Part shown: positions 27,213-36,975 of the stretch, piece by piece | How the letters are laid out: every line of letters begins with the position of its first letter | How positions within the stretch are numbered: position 1 is the stretch's first letter | Assembly (NCBI GenBank): GCA_963663165.1 | Contig: OY760175.1 | Span: forward strand, 6,464,001 to 6,528,000 | Direction of reading: 5' to 3' | DNA length: 64,000 bases | From: an uncultured Desulfospira sp. | GTDB lineage: Bacteria > Desulfobacterota > Desulfobacteria > Desulfobacterales > Desulfobacteraceae | Notes under the pieces: generated by a model | The model's database searches: none | What the model saw: only the letters and a program-made list of their open reading frames with translations | Told to the model about the DNA's origin: nothing | Position numbers and translations under genes: made by a program

Positions 27213-30200
27213 ATGACATATAGTTTAAGACGGGCAGCAGGACAGATGCTTCTGATATACCTATGCCTTTATCTCAGTATTTTCCCGGGAGCGGCCTTTG
27301 CCAAACCCATCAAAGCGTCCAGTCTGACGGCCCCTGCATCCGGTACCTTGCCGGTTCTTTCATCCGGCCAGACCCAAAGCGGCTGGAGTACCTCCCAGGA
27401 TGACAGTACCCATTATCTTCAGGTGAATCAGACCAAGACCAAGGTGACCATTGAGTGGGATTCCTTTGATATCGGATCCAATGCATCTGTCCATTTTGAG
27501 CAGCCGTCATCGGGTACGGCTTTGAATCGGATTTATGACAGCAGCCCCAGTCAGATTTACGGCAAGCTGACAGCTACAGGCAATATTTATCTGATTAATC
27601 AGAACGGTATCGTGTTTGGTGAAGGGTCCAGGGTTAATGTGAATTCTCTGGTAGCCTCTGCCCTGAATATCAGCGACGAAGATTTTACGGATAGTGACGG
27701 AAATCTTTGGCATTTTACGGCTGAGAATTATCAGAACAGCTCAGGTTATGAATACTCAGGGGTTGGCGATGTGACCAATAACGGGACACTGGTTTCAGAC
27801 AGTGAGGGGCGTATTTTTCTTCTCGGGTCAACCGTAGTCAACTCGGGCACCATATCTGCCGAAGGGGGCTGGATTGTTCTTTCAGCCGGCACTGAGTTTG
27901 AAGTGACCAGTTCCGTCAATACTTCCGGGTACCTTATTGAGAATATCTCAACTGACTATTCAGGGGACGTGACCAATACTTCTGACGGGGAAATCCTGGG
28001 GGATAAAGGGGATATCGGTATCTACGGGAAAATTATCCGCCATAACGGGCTGATCCGGTCCCTGTCCACAGTGCGTGAGGGCGGTGAAGTCAAACTGGTG
28101 GCATCTAAGAAAATCACCACCGGTAAAAATTCATCCATTAATATGGGGGTTGAGGAACTGGATGATGAAGAATTGGTTGAAAATCCGTTTTCCGGCAGGG
28201 ATCTAACTTTTGAAAGTGCAGACGGTGATACTGGTATTCTGATTGCCCATTACGGAGATATCACCATGCCGTCCGGGGATGTAACCATGGATGCCGGTGA
28301 AGGGGGGCGGGTTTATCTTGGAGACGGTTCTACCATTGATGTTTCAGGGTCCTGGTCGACCAAGGAAATGGCAGAACTTGTTGCATCCATCCAGCTAAAC
28401 TCTATAGAACTTCGAGATGAATTTAATCAAAAAAACGGTAACCTGAAAGGAGAAACCGTTTATTACCTGCTCAATGAAGGGGTATCCATCGGCAATATTT
28501 CTGAAGCCCTTGAGAGCCGGATATTATCGGCTTTAGAAGAAAGCGCCCAGGGCGGTACGGTAACCTTGAGCGCCGGAACCGGTGATATCATTGTTGACGA
28601 AGGCGCTTCCATAGATATTTCCGGGGGCGGGGTTACTTACAATGGCGGCTGGGTTACCACCACCAAATTGGTGAGCAATGGTGTCGTATATGACATTTCA
28701 GAGGCTCCGGATAACCTGGAATATGATCAGGTGATCTATGATACGAAAAATTATCAGGAATATATCAATACCTTTAAAGAAGGGGAAGATGCAGGCTCTC
28801 TTTCCATCACTGCCCAACAGATTGTTTATGAAGGTTCTCTGGATGCTTCTGCTGTCCAGGGAACCTATCAAGTTAATGAAACAGACCCGACGGATGACTT
28901 AGGGTATACCACCTGTGTGGGAACGGTGATTCCAAGCGGTGGTACCCTGACCATTGGGGCGTCAGCTACCGCAACAGATGAATATTACATTTACAATGAT
29001 CCCGTGGTGCAAGCCATTGTGATCAAAGATACCACATCCGGGCTTGAGGATGATTTTGATCCAGAATCATCGGAGATCGATAGCTCCCGAAACGGAGAGA
29101 CCTGGTTGTCTGACGATCTGTTAAGTGATGCCGGATTGAGTAATGTCAACCTGTATGCCACCGCTTATGTGGTAACAGAGGCCGATACTGAAATCACTCT
29201 GACTGCCGGGGGGAGCCTTGATGCCATTGCCAGGCGGATTTATCACCAGGGCGGCATTTATGTGCCTTCCGGGGATGTCAGTTTTCTTACTGTCTCCAAT
29301 AAATCCTCTGACCAGTATCTGGATGGGAAAGAAAATCCAGATTATGTGAGTGAAGATGATCTGGGCGGGCCGGAACGGATCGAACTGGCTGCAGGAAGTA
29401 CTATTTCTGCGGCAGGGGAACAGGTGAACAACCATACCGCCGTTTCTAATAAGGATTATGAATCCTGCCAGAGTACTGCGTTGACCGACGGGGGCAGCAT
29501 CACCCTGACGGATAATACCAATTCGGGAGACGGCGTGGTGGTCCGAAAAGGGGCGAATCTGGATGTTTCCGGAGGGTATATTATCGGCGTGGATGAGGAT
29601 TTGGACGATGCCGGGGATGCCGGCCAGATCAGTCTTTTGGGGTCTGCCATTGTGTTGGAAGGAACATTAAGCGCCATTTCCATGTTGGGGCAGGAAGGCG
29701 GCACCATTTCCCTGACCGCTTATGACGTTACGGTCAAAAAATCGTATTCCTCATCAGCGTCAAGAGCGTTTTCGTGTGGCCAGGAATTGCCCGAAGCGTA
29801 TCAGTACAGCTTAATAGTGGATGATGATATTTTTGATGGCACCGGTTTCACCCACATCAGTTTGACTTCGTATTCAGATCTTACTGTGGAAAAAGGGGTG
29901 AATCTTGAGCCATCTGCCACAAAATGGGTTCTTCGTAATGGGACAATAGAGACCCAGGAGATAGCGGAAGATGATTTTTATCATATTGGTGATACTTCCA
30001 TTTCCCTTGTTGCCGGGGATGACTCAGGGTTCCCTGATATGTACAGTTTTGCAAATGAATTGACCTACGGCACCTTAACCATTGAAGAGAATACCCGTAT
30101 TACAGTGGGCCCCCAAGGCAGTATTTCTTTGTCTGGTGATTATGCCTATATCTCAGGAGTCTATACGGCGCCCGGCGGTGACATTGATGTGAGCGGCGGC

Positions 30201-33200
30201 CTGACTCTACTAATTCAAAGTGATGCTGCTTTTTACGCGACCGGATATAATCTGATGACCGGTTATTATCTCAATGAAGAGCCTGAATGGGATATCCTGG
30301 ATGCCGGAAAAATTTCCTTTGAATCCAGTAATGATTTGGTCATGGAAGATGGTGCCATTGTGGATGTGTCCAGTGCTGAATCGGTTACCCAATATCGGAC
30401 CGGAGACGACTATAGGCTGGTAGCCTATACGTCTGCGTCAAATCCCGGAAGTGTTATATTGGCCTTTATGAATGCCGAGGATGATCAGGGCAATTCGACA
30501 ATCAATGCGGACTTTATCGGGCAGAAAACGCTGGATACCCTTTCAGGGGCTTCGTTTACGATCAACCATACCGACACAGAAATGGCGGTTTCTTATTTTA
30601 CCCTGGAATCCGGACTTGTTGACATGCTGGAAAACAACGGATTTGAGACGTTAAATCTAACCTCCACTGGTGGAATATGCTTTGACGAGTCTCAAACCAT
30701 TACCATGGCCGAAGGGATTTTCATCGACACCCCCGTAATTTCAGGGTCAGACGATGCGGCTGTTGTTCTTGAATCTTCTTACGTGGCATTTGCCAATACA
30801 CACCAGTCCGAAGATGAGACAACTGATCAGGATACGGCCACGTTCGAGGTAAATGCTTCTTACATCAATATTTCCGGAGATATTAAGGCCATTGGCTTTT
30901 CAACTGTTTATCTGAATGCTGATTATGATATTGCTTTAAGCGATTATTATTATACAGGAACTGAAGATAACACCAGTTACTGGGCAGGTGGGTTTTCCGT
31001 GGATAACGATCTTTTCATGACCGCCGGAAGGATTTATCCGACCACCGCCTCCGATTTTACTCTTTCAGCGGGCGGCAATCTTTGGACTGAACACTCCGGT
31101 GCCACTGTATCAGATTATATTTCTTCAGCGTTGGGGTCCCTGACGCTGGAAGCCAGTAATATATATCACTACGGTTATATAGCCGCTCCGATGGGCAGCA
31201 TTTTTCTATCGGCGGACACGGATGAAGGCCGAGTGTACCTTTCTGATGACAGTGTTCTTAGCGTCCAGGGGACTTTATCTGTAAATTACGGGCAGATAGA
31301 TGAAGATAATCTCCAGTGGTACGGGTATGATGCGGATAAGAGCTCTTCCACCTATGATACATTGATTGAAGATGCCCCTGAACAGGCCATTAATATCCTG
31401 GCTGCGGAAATTATTGCCGAAGAAGGTTCAACCATAAATATTCAAGGCGGCGGTGAAATATACGGTTATACATTTGTAAGTTCGACTTCAGGGTCCATGG
31501 ATCCCCTTTCCGTAGACGGCCGGTACGTGATTTTGCCGTATTCAACAGCCACCGCTATCGGGTTGACCGGTACAGCGGTCTATCTGGAGGAAAACGATGT
31601 AACAAATGAAGGGGTATATATTATTGTATCGGATAATTACGCCTTTTTGGATGGTGCTTTGGTCATCGAATACCAGTCAGAAATGGCTGCGGATACCATT
31701 GTATCCTTGAGCGATGATTTGGATAGCGAAGTGGTGGGTTATCTGGGAAACGCCCTGACGGGAAGCTATTCTTCGGCCCCCCAGATCTATACGATCATGG
31801 AAGTTTCTGATCTCTTGGAAGAAGGTTCTTATGAGATTTCCTCTGTTGAGGCTGGTAGTGCGGGAAGCCTTTCGGCGATTGCAACGCAGACCAATATTTT
31901 GAGTGGACAGATTCTGGCCGACGCTGTTTCAGATGAATACATCGGGGGAACCCTGACCCTGGTCGGCCAGGAGGTCATTATCGGGGTCAGCACGGCAGTC
32001 CTGGGTTCATCTTTCACTTATGATTCCCAAGTGGATGATGATTATTCCGGTACCCTTTACATCAATGCTGAATCAGTTTCCAAAGCAGGACTCTCTCAGC
32101 TGAACATCGGGGCCTACGATGAGGATTTGGATGAGAACGTGCTGGATACTCTGGAGGAGGCCGGATATACGGTGGAAGACGGGGTGATTTCCTGTGAAAC
32201 CATTACCATTGAATCCGGGGCTGAGCTTTCAGGTCAGAGCATTACCCTGATTGCTGAAAAGGATATTGTCCTTGAAAAGGGGGCAGGGGTATCGGTGAGC
32301 GGAGACAATGCTTATGCCGATATTGTCTCTACCTCAGGCACGCTTTCTTTGGCCGATAATTCATATATTATTTCTGAGCAATACTTGCGGCTGGAGGCGG
32401 ATGCTCTTGAACGTTCCGGAACGATCACTGCCGGAACCGGCATCTCTTTTATATCCGACTATCTTTATCTGGCCGATATATCCGGCGAACAAAGTATTTC
32501 AAAAGGCTTCGTGATTGATCAGAAATTGTGGGAAAGTTTGGCCTCTGTGGATACAGTATGGCTGACAGGTTACGAAGAGGTGGGATTTTCCGGAAAGGTG
32601 AACCTTAAAACCGGTAGCGCCATTGTAATTGACTCCCCGCTTGTGGCCGGTCTTACAGATTCTGGAACAAAAGCAAGCCTCGTTTCGGATAGTATTTATC
32701 TGTATAACTCTTCAGCAGATGAGGGCAGTGACATTTATTCAGGCAATGCGGGAAGCTTGTCAGCCGCTGCAGACAATATTTATATCGGATATGGGCAGGT
32801 TCAGGCAACCGGGTTCTCTTCCATCAGCCTGACAGCAGACGAATATCTTACTTTTGTGGGAGAGGGCGGTTTTGTCACTAATGACGGAAACCTGAATATG
32901 ATCGCCGGCATGGTCACTGGCACATACCGGACCTATACGGATGATGACGATGAAACTGCCTATGAAGCTGTGGATTTTACAATTGATTCCGGTGCAGGCA
33001 ATATTGCTATTAATTCCAGCGGCACTAATATATCCAACAACGGCAATATCGGTGGCAGCCTTGAGTTTACCGGAAATAGCATCATCAGTTCCGGCACCGT
33101 TTCTCTGAGTTCTGGTTATCTTTCCTTTACCGCTACCGGTACCGGCGATGAAGACGGCGTATTTTTAGAAAATGGTGCATTGGTATCTGCCGCCGGCTCA

Positions 33201-36200
33201 AGTTTGGATGATGTGGACTATGACGCCGGTACCGTGGTTTACCAGGCTGAGTCAGGCGCTGTCTTTCTTTCTGAAGGGTCAACGACCAATGTATCTGCCT
33301 CAAGCGCCAATGGAGATGCCGGCACCATCGCAATTTATGCGACTGAGGGTGAACTTTCTATTGAAGGCCGTCTTGAAGGCAGTTCAGAGAACGGCCTTGG
33401 TGGATCTTTCCTTCTCGATGCACTGGAACTGTCAGACCTCTCCAGCCTGATCGATACGCTTAGCGAGGGAGGGATTAATCATGATATTGATCTTAGGGCC
33501 CGGTCAGGAGACGTCAGCTTAACAACCGATGTCACCGCATACAACTTCAGGCTTTCTGTTGATGATGGAAATGTCAGTATCGACGCCGTAATCGACGCAT
33601 CTGGCGATGACGAAGGGGGACTGGTGGAAATTTATGCCGGCGGGGATCTTATCCTGTCCGACAACACCATGATTCTGGCCAAAGGAAATGACAACGGTGC
33701 TGCTGGCGGCGAAATAATTTTAGCCAATGCCACCACATCAGGCGGTTTTATGGATCTTGGCGACGCTGTCCTCAATGTTTCAGGGGGAAAAGGCGGCACA
33801 GGCGGCTCAATTTATCTTCGGGTGAACAGAACCGATGATAATTCAGATATAAAATTAAACCTGAATAGTGAAAAAATGATCGGGGCTTCGGAGCAGACTA
33901 TCGAGGGTGCTGCATTTTATCAGTCCACCTATAAATATACGTACAGAATTAAGGACGATGATTTCGAAACAGACAGCACCGCATATATGGAAGCATCGTC
34001 TTTTATTCTATCAGTTGAAGCTCAGGCTGATGAGGGCGGAGATTTTGAAGGATTTACCATTATTCCCGGTGTTGAATTCTGGTATGACGGAGAAGAGGAG
34101 CTTGTATGGTATGATGATGTAGATTTCACCGAATGGCGTTTCGGCAGTCAGAATGTACCAGTTGCTCTAACTCTCAGATCGTCAGGCGACCTTAAGGTTG
34201 ACGGCATCATTGTGGACGGTCCTACCAGCCTCTCCTACTATGACAACACCTTGAGTTCGGAAACGGTCCAGGATTCAATGAATATCACACTGGTGGCCGG
34301 TGCTACGTTAACCAGTGCGGATCCTTTTGCCGTTGAATCCGGAGTCGGCAATTTGGAAATTGATTCCGGGGAACTGGTGTATACCGAAAGCGGAAACATC
34401 AATTTCGCATCAGGCGGCGATACCCTTATTGAAAAGGTAAGTACCAGCTCCAGTGACTATTCCTACGGTGACACAAACGCATACATGACCTGGAATAAAT
34501 TAAATTACAGCATAGGGACCTATTCAGGCACCATCCGGGGGCAGGTGGGAGGAAATCTGGACCTGTATGGCGGGATTATTCAGACAGCAACCGGGGATAT
34601 TGTCCTGGAGGTTATGGAGAGCCTGTACCAAAGATCTTCTGGCGGAAATCTGGGCACTATCCGAACTCTCGGGGAGTTGGTTTCCGGGAGTTATGTTGAT
34701 AACGGTTTGTTTCAATACGACCAAACTACTCAGACGTCACTTTATTCCAATGGTGGCAATATCAGCATCACGACCGGTGAAGATGTGCTTGTGTGCACAA
34801 AGGATTACAGCCCTTCGGAATCTCTAATTGATTCTGACGCATGGGATACCGCAAGTTGGGTTTATGACGAAGACTATACCCCGTATCAATATGCATGGTC
34901 AGCAGATTATGATGACGGAACCCAGGGAATTGTTGCCATGGGAGGGGGGGATGTGACGATTATAGCCGGCGGGGATGTGCTGACTGCTGCAGGGACCTTT
35001 GGCACTGGTGACCTGTGGGTATCTGCCGGAGGAAATATTAACGGCGGGTATCTCAATTATGCAGGCACAGCTGAGATTTCCAGTCTGGGCAGTATTGGAA
35101 ATTTGGATGATGACGATGACGGTGACTGGGTCATTGAAGCCTTTGATTCAGAAATTACATTGCTTGCCCAAGGAAATATAACCTTGGCTTCGGTGGTCAA
35201 TCCTTCCCTCACAAGCAGTGATTTTTATAATTCCTGGAATTTTGGGTATACGGAGGATACTTCGGTGGCAATGACTGCCCGTACAGGGAATATTACCCTT
35301 ACTGGGGATGCGGACGAAGATCTGGATTTAACCACTACCAGCCGTCTTAAAATTTTGCCCGGCAGTGTATATCTGTCGGCTGGGATCGATATTGTATTTC
35401 AAAGTAATTTTTATCTGGCCCCAGCGTCTGACGGGTCATTGGAACTATATCCCGGAGAAAATATCAGTGCTGTCAATACCTCTGATTCTGAAAAATCTTA
35501 TACCATTCTCATGTCTGACGCTGACCCGGATGAGGTCTACGGAACACAGGAGAGTGCAAGAACAGCTTTAAGCCTGTTAACCAGCAAAAGTGAACACGGC
35601 AGCTCAATTCTCCACAAAAATGATGATTCACCTGTTGTAATCCTGGCTGGTTATAATATTGAAAATATAGGATTTGTTCTCCCCAAGGCGGCCACTATAA
35701 CGGCCGAAAATGATATTACCAACCTTTATCTTTTTTCCCAGAATCTCAGTGACGAAGATATCACGCTAGTTTATGCCGGTAATGACATTACCTTTAGGAC
35801 GGTAAGAGATGGGTCAGGTTCCTCGAACACGGGTATTACAGTCGGCGGTCCCGGTTTGACGGTTGTCCAGGCCGGTGGGAATATAGATCTTGGATCATCG
35901 GCCGGGGTAAAAGCTGTGGGAAGCTCTGAAAATACGTTGTTAAAAGAAGGAAATAACGATTTGGTAGTCATAGCAGGGCTGACAGCAAGCTATGCAGTGG
36001 AAAAAACGCAGGATTTTTTTGAGTATCTGACCGGCTTTTTTGAGGACCTGCTGGATGCGGGCAACGCATACGTAACGGCACAAAATGCCGGAGATACGGA
36101 TGGGGCAGATGCCATTGTTGCCGAGGCCAGACAGACAATCATTGCCGATCTGTTGGAAAATGCTTCCGGCAATGATGGAAATATTTCCCTTATAAACTCT

Positions 36201-36950
36201 ATGATTTATGTATCAGGTGGTTCTGGTAGTATCAACCTGGTCGCCACAGGGGACCTGGATGTAGGGGTCAGTGCGGTTGAACCTCCGCCTATCTTCGGTA
36301 CAGATAGCAGCAGCAGCGATGACAGCTCTGGGATCTACACCACTGTCGGAGGCAGCATAAATATTTATGCCTATGGCGATATCAACGTTAATGAATCTCG
36401 GGTTATGACTTTTGACGGTGGTGATATTGTACTCTGGTCCGACTACGGGGATATCAATGCTGGATACGGGTCGAAGGCGGCGGTGGCGTCTTCAGATTTT
36501 TATTATGTCCTACAGGATGATGGCAGCTATAAGAAGGTTTACCAGGTCCCGGCTATTGGTTCCGGTGTCCGGGCGACAGCCTCCAATTATGCAGCTGCCG
36601 GTGATATTTATGCCTTTGCCCCTTCAGGGATCATTGATGCCGGGGAAGCCGGCATTGCCGGTAACAACGTGACCCTGGCCGCCACGGAAATTCTCAATGC
36701 TCAGAATATTGAAGTGTCAGGGCTTGCTATCGGGTTTACAGCCGCCTCCGATTCTTCCGGCAGTGTGAGCGGATTGTCCGGTTCCAGTGGTCTTGCGGAT
36801 ACCGCCATGATGGATGAGGCCACCAGTGCGTTGAGTTCGGCCAAGGACCAGATGGGACAGGAAACAGCGGAAGGCTACAGCTATGAGCCCCGGTGGGTGG
36901 ATGTGGAAGTGGTGGGGTTTGAGGAAGATACGGATCAGGAAAAAGGATAA
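27213..36950 (+). CDS. TpsA filamentous hemagglutinin-family protein, 3245 aa, DUF3739-type C-terminus
   Basis: Signal peptide, TPS domain (WDSFDIG, LNRI, SQIYG-L-A-GNIYLINQNGIVFG), glycine-rich beta-helix repeats, C-terminal SRVMTFDGGDIVLWS-GDINAG-GSK...APSGIIDAGEAGI...VEVVGF. Confidence 0.9.
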   Translation: MTYSLRRAAGQMLLIYLCLYLSIFPGAAFAKPIKASSLTAPASGTLPVLSSGQTQSGWSTSQDDSTHYLQVNQTKTKVTIEWDSFDIGSNASVHFEQPSSGTALNRIYDSSPSQIYGKLTATGNIYLINQNGIVFGEGSRVNVNSLVASALNISDEDFTDSDGNLWHFTAENYQNSSGYEYSGVGDVTNNGTLVSDSEGRIFLLGSTVVNSGTISAEGGWIVLSAGTEFEVTSSVNTSGYLIENISTDYSGDVTNTSDGEILGDKGDIGIYGKIIRHNGLIRSLSTVREGGEVKLVASKKITTGKNSSINMGVEELDDEELVENPFSGRDLTFESADGDTGILIAHYGDITMPSGDVTMDAGEGGRVYLGDGSTIDVSGSWSTKEMAELVASIQLNSIELRDEFNQKNGNLKGETVYYLLNEGVSIGNISEALESRILSALEESAQGGTVTLSAGTGDIIVDEGASIDISGGGVTYNGGWVTTTKLVSNGVVYDISEAPDNLEYDQVIYDTKNYQEYINTFKEGEDAGSLSITAQQIVYEGSLDASAVQGTYQVNETDPTDDLGYTTCVGTVIPSGGTLTIGASATATDEYYIYNDPVVQAIVIKDTTSGLEDDFDPESSEIDSSRNGETWLSDDLLSDAGLSNVNLYATAYVVTEADTEITLTAGGSLDAIARRIYHQGGIYVPSGDVSFLTVSNKSSDQYLDGKENPDYVSEDDLGGPERIELAAGSTISAAGEQVNNHTAVSNKDYESCQSTALTDGGSITLTDNTNSGDGVVVRKGANLDVSGGYIIGVDEDLDDAGDAGQISLLGSAIVLEGTLSAISMLGQEGGTISLTAYDVTVKKSYSSSASRAFSCGQELPEAYQYSLIVDDDIFDGTGFTHISLTSYSDLTVEKGVNLEPSATKWVLRNGTIETQEIAEDDFYHIGDTSISLVAGDDSGFPDMYSFANELTYGTLTIEENTRITVGPQGSISLSGDYAYISGVYTAPGGDIDVSGGLTLLIQSDAAFYATGYNLMTGYYLNEEPEWDILDAGKISFESSNDLVMEDGAIVDVSSAESVTQYRTGDDYRLVAYTSASNPGSVILAFMNAEDDQGNSTINADFIGQKTLDTLSGASFTINHTDTEMAVSYFTLESGLVDMLENNGFETLNLTSTGGICFDESQTITMAEGIFIDTPVISGSDDAAVVLESSYVAFANTHQSEDETTDQDTATFEVNASYINISGDIKAIGFSTVYLNADYDIALSDYYYTGTEDNTSYWAGGFSVDNDLFMTAGRIYPTTASDFTLSAGGNLWTEHSGATVSDYISSALGSLTLEASNIYHYGYIAAPMGSIFLSADTDEGRVYLSDDSVLSVQGTLSVNYGQIDEDNLQWYGYDADKSSSTYDTLIEDAPEQAINILAAEIIAEEGSTINIQGGGEIYGYTFVSSTSGSMDPLSVDGRYVILPYSTATAIGLTGTAVYLEENDVTNEGVYIIVSDNYAFLDGALVIEYQSEMAADTIVSLSDDLDSEVVGYLGNALTGSYSSAPQIYTIMEVSDLLEEGSYEISSVEAGSAGSLSAIATQTNILSGQILADAVSDEYIGGTLTLVGQEVIIGVSTAVLGSSFTYDSQVDDDYSGTLYINAESVSKAGLSQLNIGAYDEDLDENVLDTLEEAGYTVEDGVISCETITIESGAELSGQSITLIAEKDIVLEKGAGVSVSGDNAYADIVSTSGTLSLADNSYIISEQYLRLEADALERSGTITAGTGISFISDYLYLADISGEQSISKGFVIDQKLWESLASVDTVWLTGYEEVGFSGKVNLKTGSAIVIDSPLVAGLTDSGTKASLVSDSIYLYNSSADEGSDIYSGNAGSLSAAADNIYIGYGQVQATGFSSISLTADEYLTFVGEGGFVTNDGNLNMIAGMVTGTYRTYTDDDDETAYEAVDFTIDSGAGNIAINSSGTNISNNGNIGGSLEFTGNSIISSGTVSLSSGYLSFTATGTGDEDGVFLENGALVSAAGSSLDDVDYDAGTVVYQAESGAVFLSEGSTTNVSASSANGDAGTIAIYATEGELSIEGRLEGSSENGLGGSFLLDALELSDLSSLIDTLSEGGINHDIDLRARSGDVSLTTDVTAYNFRLSVDDGNVSIDAVIDASGDDEGGLVEIYAGGDLILSDNTMILAKGNDNGAAGGEIILANATTSGGFMDLGDAVLNVSGGKGGTGGSIYLRVNRTDDNSDIKLNLNSEKMIGASEQTIEGAAFYQSTYKYTYRIKDDDFETDSTAYMEASSFILSVEAQADEGGDFEGFTIIPGVEFWYDGEEELVWYDDVDFTEWRFGSQNVPVALTLRSSGDLKVDGIIVDGPTSLSYYDNTLSSETVQDSMNITLVAGATLTSADPFAVESGVGNLEIDSGELVYTESGNINFASGGDTLIEKVSTSSSDYSYGDTNAYMTWNKLNYSIGTYSGTIRGQVGGNLDLYGGIIQTATGDIVLEVMESLYQRSSGGNLGTIRTLGELVSGSYVDNGLFQYDQTTQTSLYSNGGNISITTGEDVLVCTKDYSPSESLIDSDAWDTASWVYDEDYTPYQYAWSADYDDGTQGIVAMGGGDVTIIAGGDVLTAAGTFGTGDLWVSAGGNINGGYLNYAGTAEISSLGSIGNLDDDDDGDWVIEAFDSEITLLAQGNITLASVVNPSLTSSDFYNSWNFGYTEDTSVAMTARTGNITLTGDADEDLDLTTTSRLKILPGSVYLSAGIDIVFQSNFYLAPASDGSLELYPGENISAVNTSDSEKSYTILMSDADPDEVYGTQESARTALSLLTSKSEHGSSILHKNDDSPVVILAGYNIENIGFVLPKAATITAENDITNLYLFSQNLSDEDITLVYAGNDITFRTVRDGSGSSNTGITVGGPGLTVVQAGGNIDLGSSAGVKAVGSSENTLLKEGNNDLVVIAGLTASYAVEKTQDFFEYLTGFFEDLLDAGNAYVTAQNAGDTDGADAIVAEARQTIIADLLENASGNDGNISLINSMIYVSGGSGSINLVATGDLDVGVSAVEPPPIFGTDSSSSDDSSGIYTTVGGSINIYAYGDINVNESRVMTFDGGDIVLWSDYGDINAGYGSKAAVASSDFYYVLQDDGSYKKVYQVPAIGSGVRATASNYAAAGDIYAFAPSGIIDAGEAGIAGNNVTLAATEILNAQNIEVSGLAIGFTAASDSSGSVSGLSGSSGLADTAMMDEATSALSSAKDQMGQETAEGYSYEPRWVDVEVVGFEEDTDQEKG

Positions 36951-36975
36951 ATTGATTTCAATGTGGAGGAAAAAC

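Noticed and set aside
27213..36950. CdiA contact-dependent toxin
   Set aside because: There is no VENN/pre-toxin motif, no toxin-like C-terminus and no small immunity ORF downstream.
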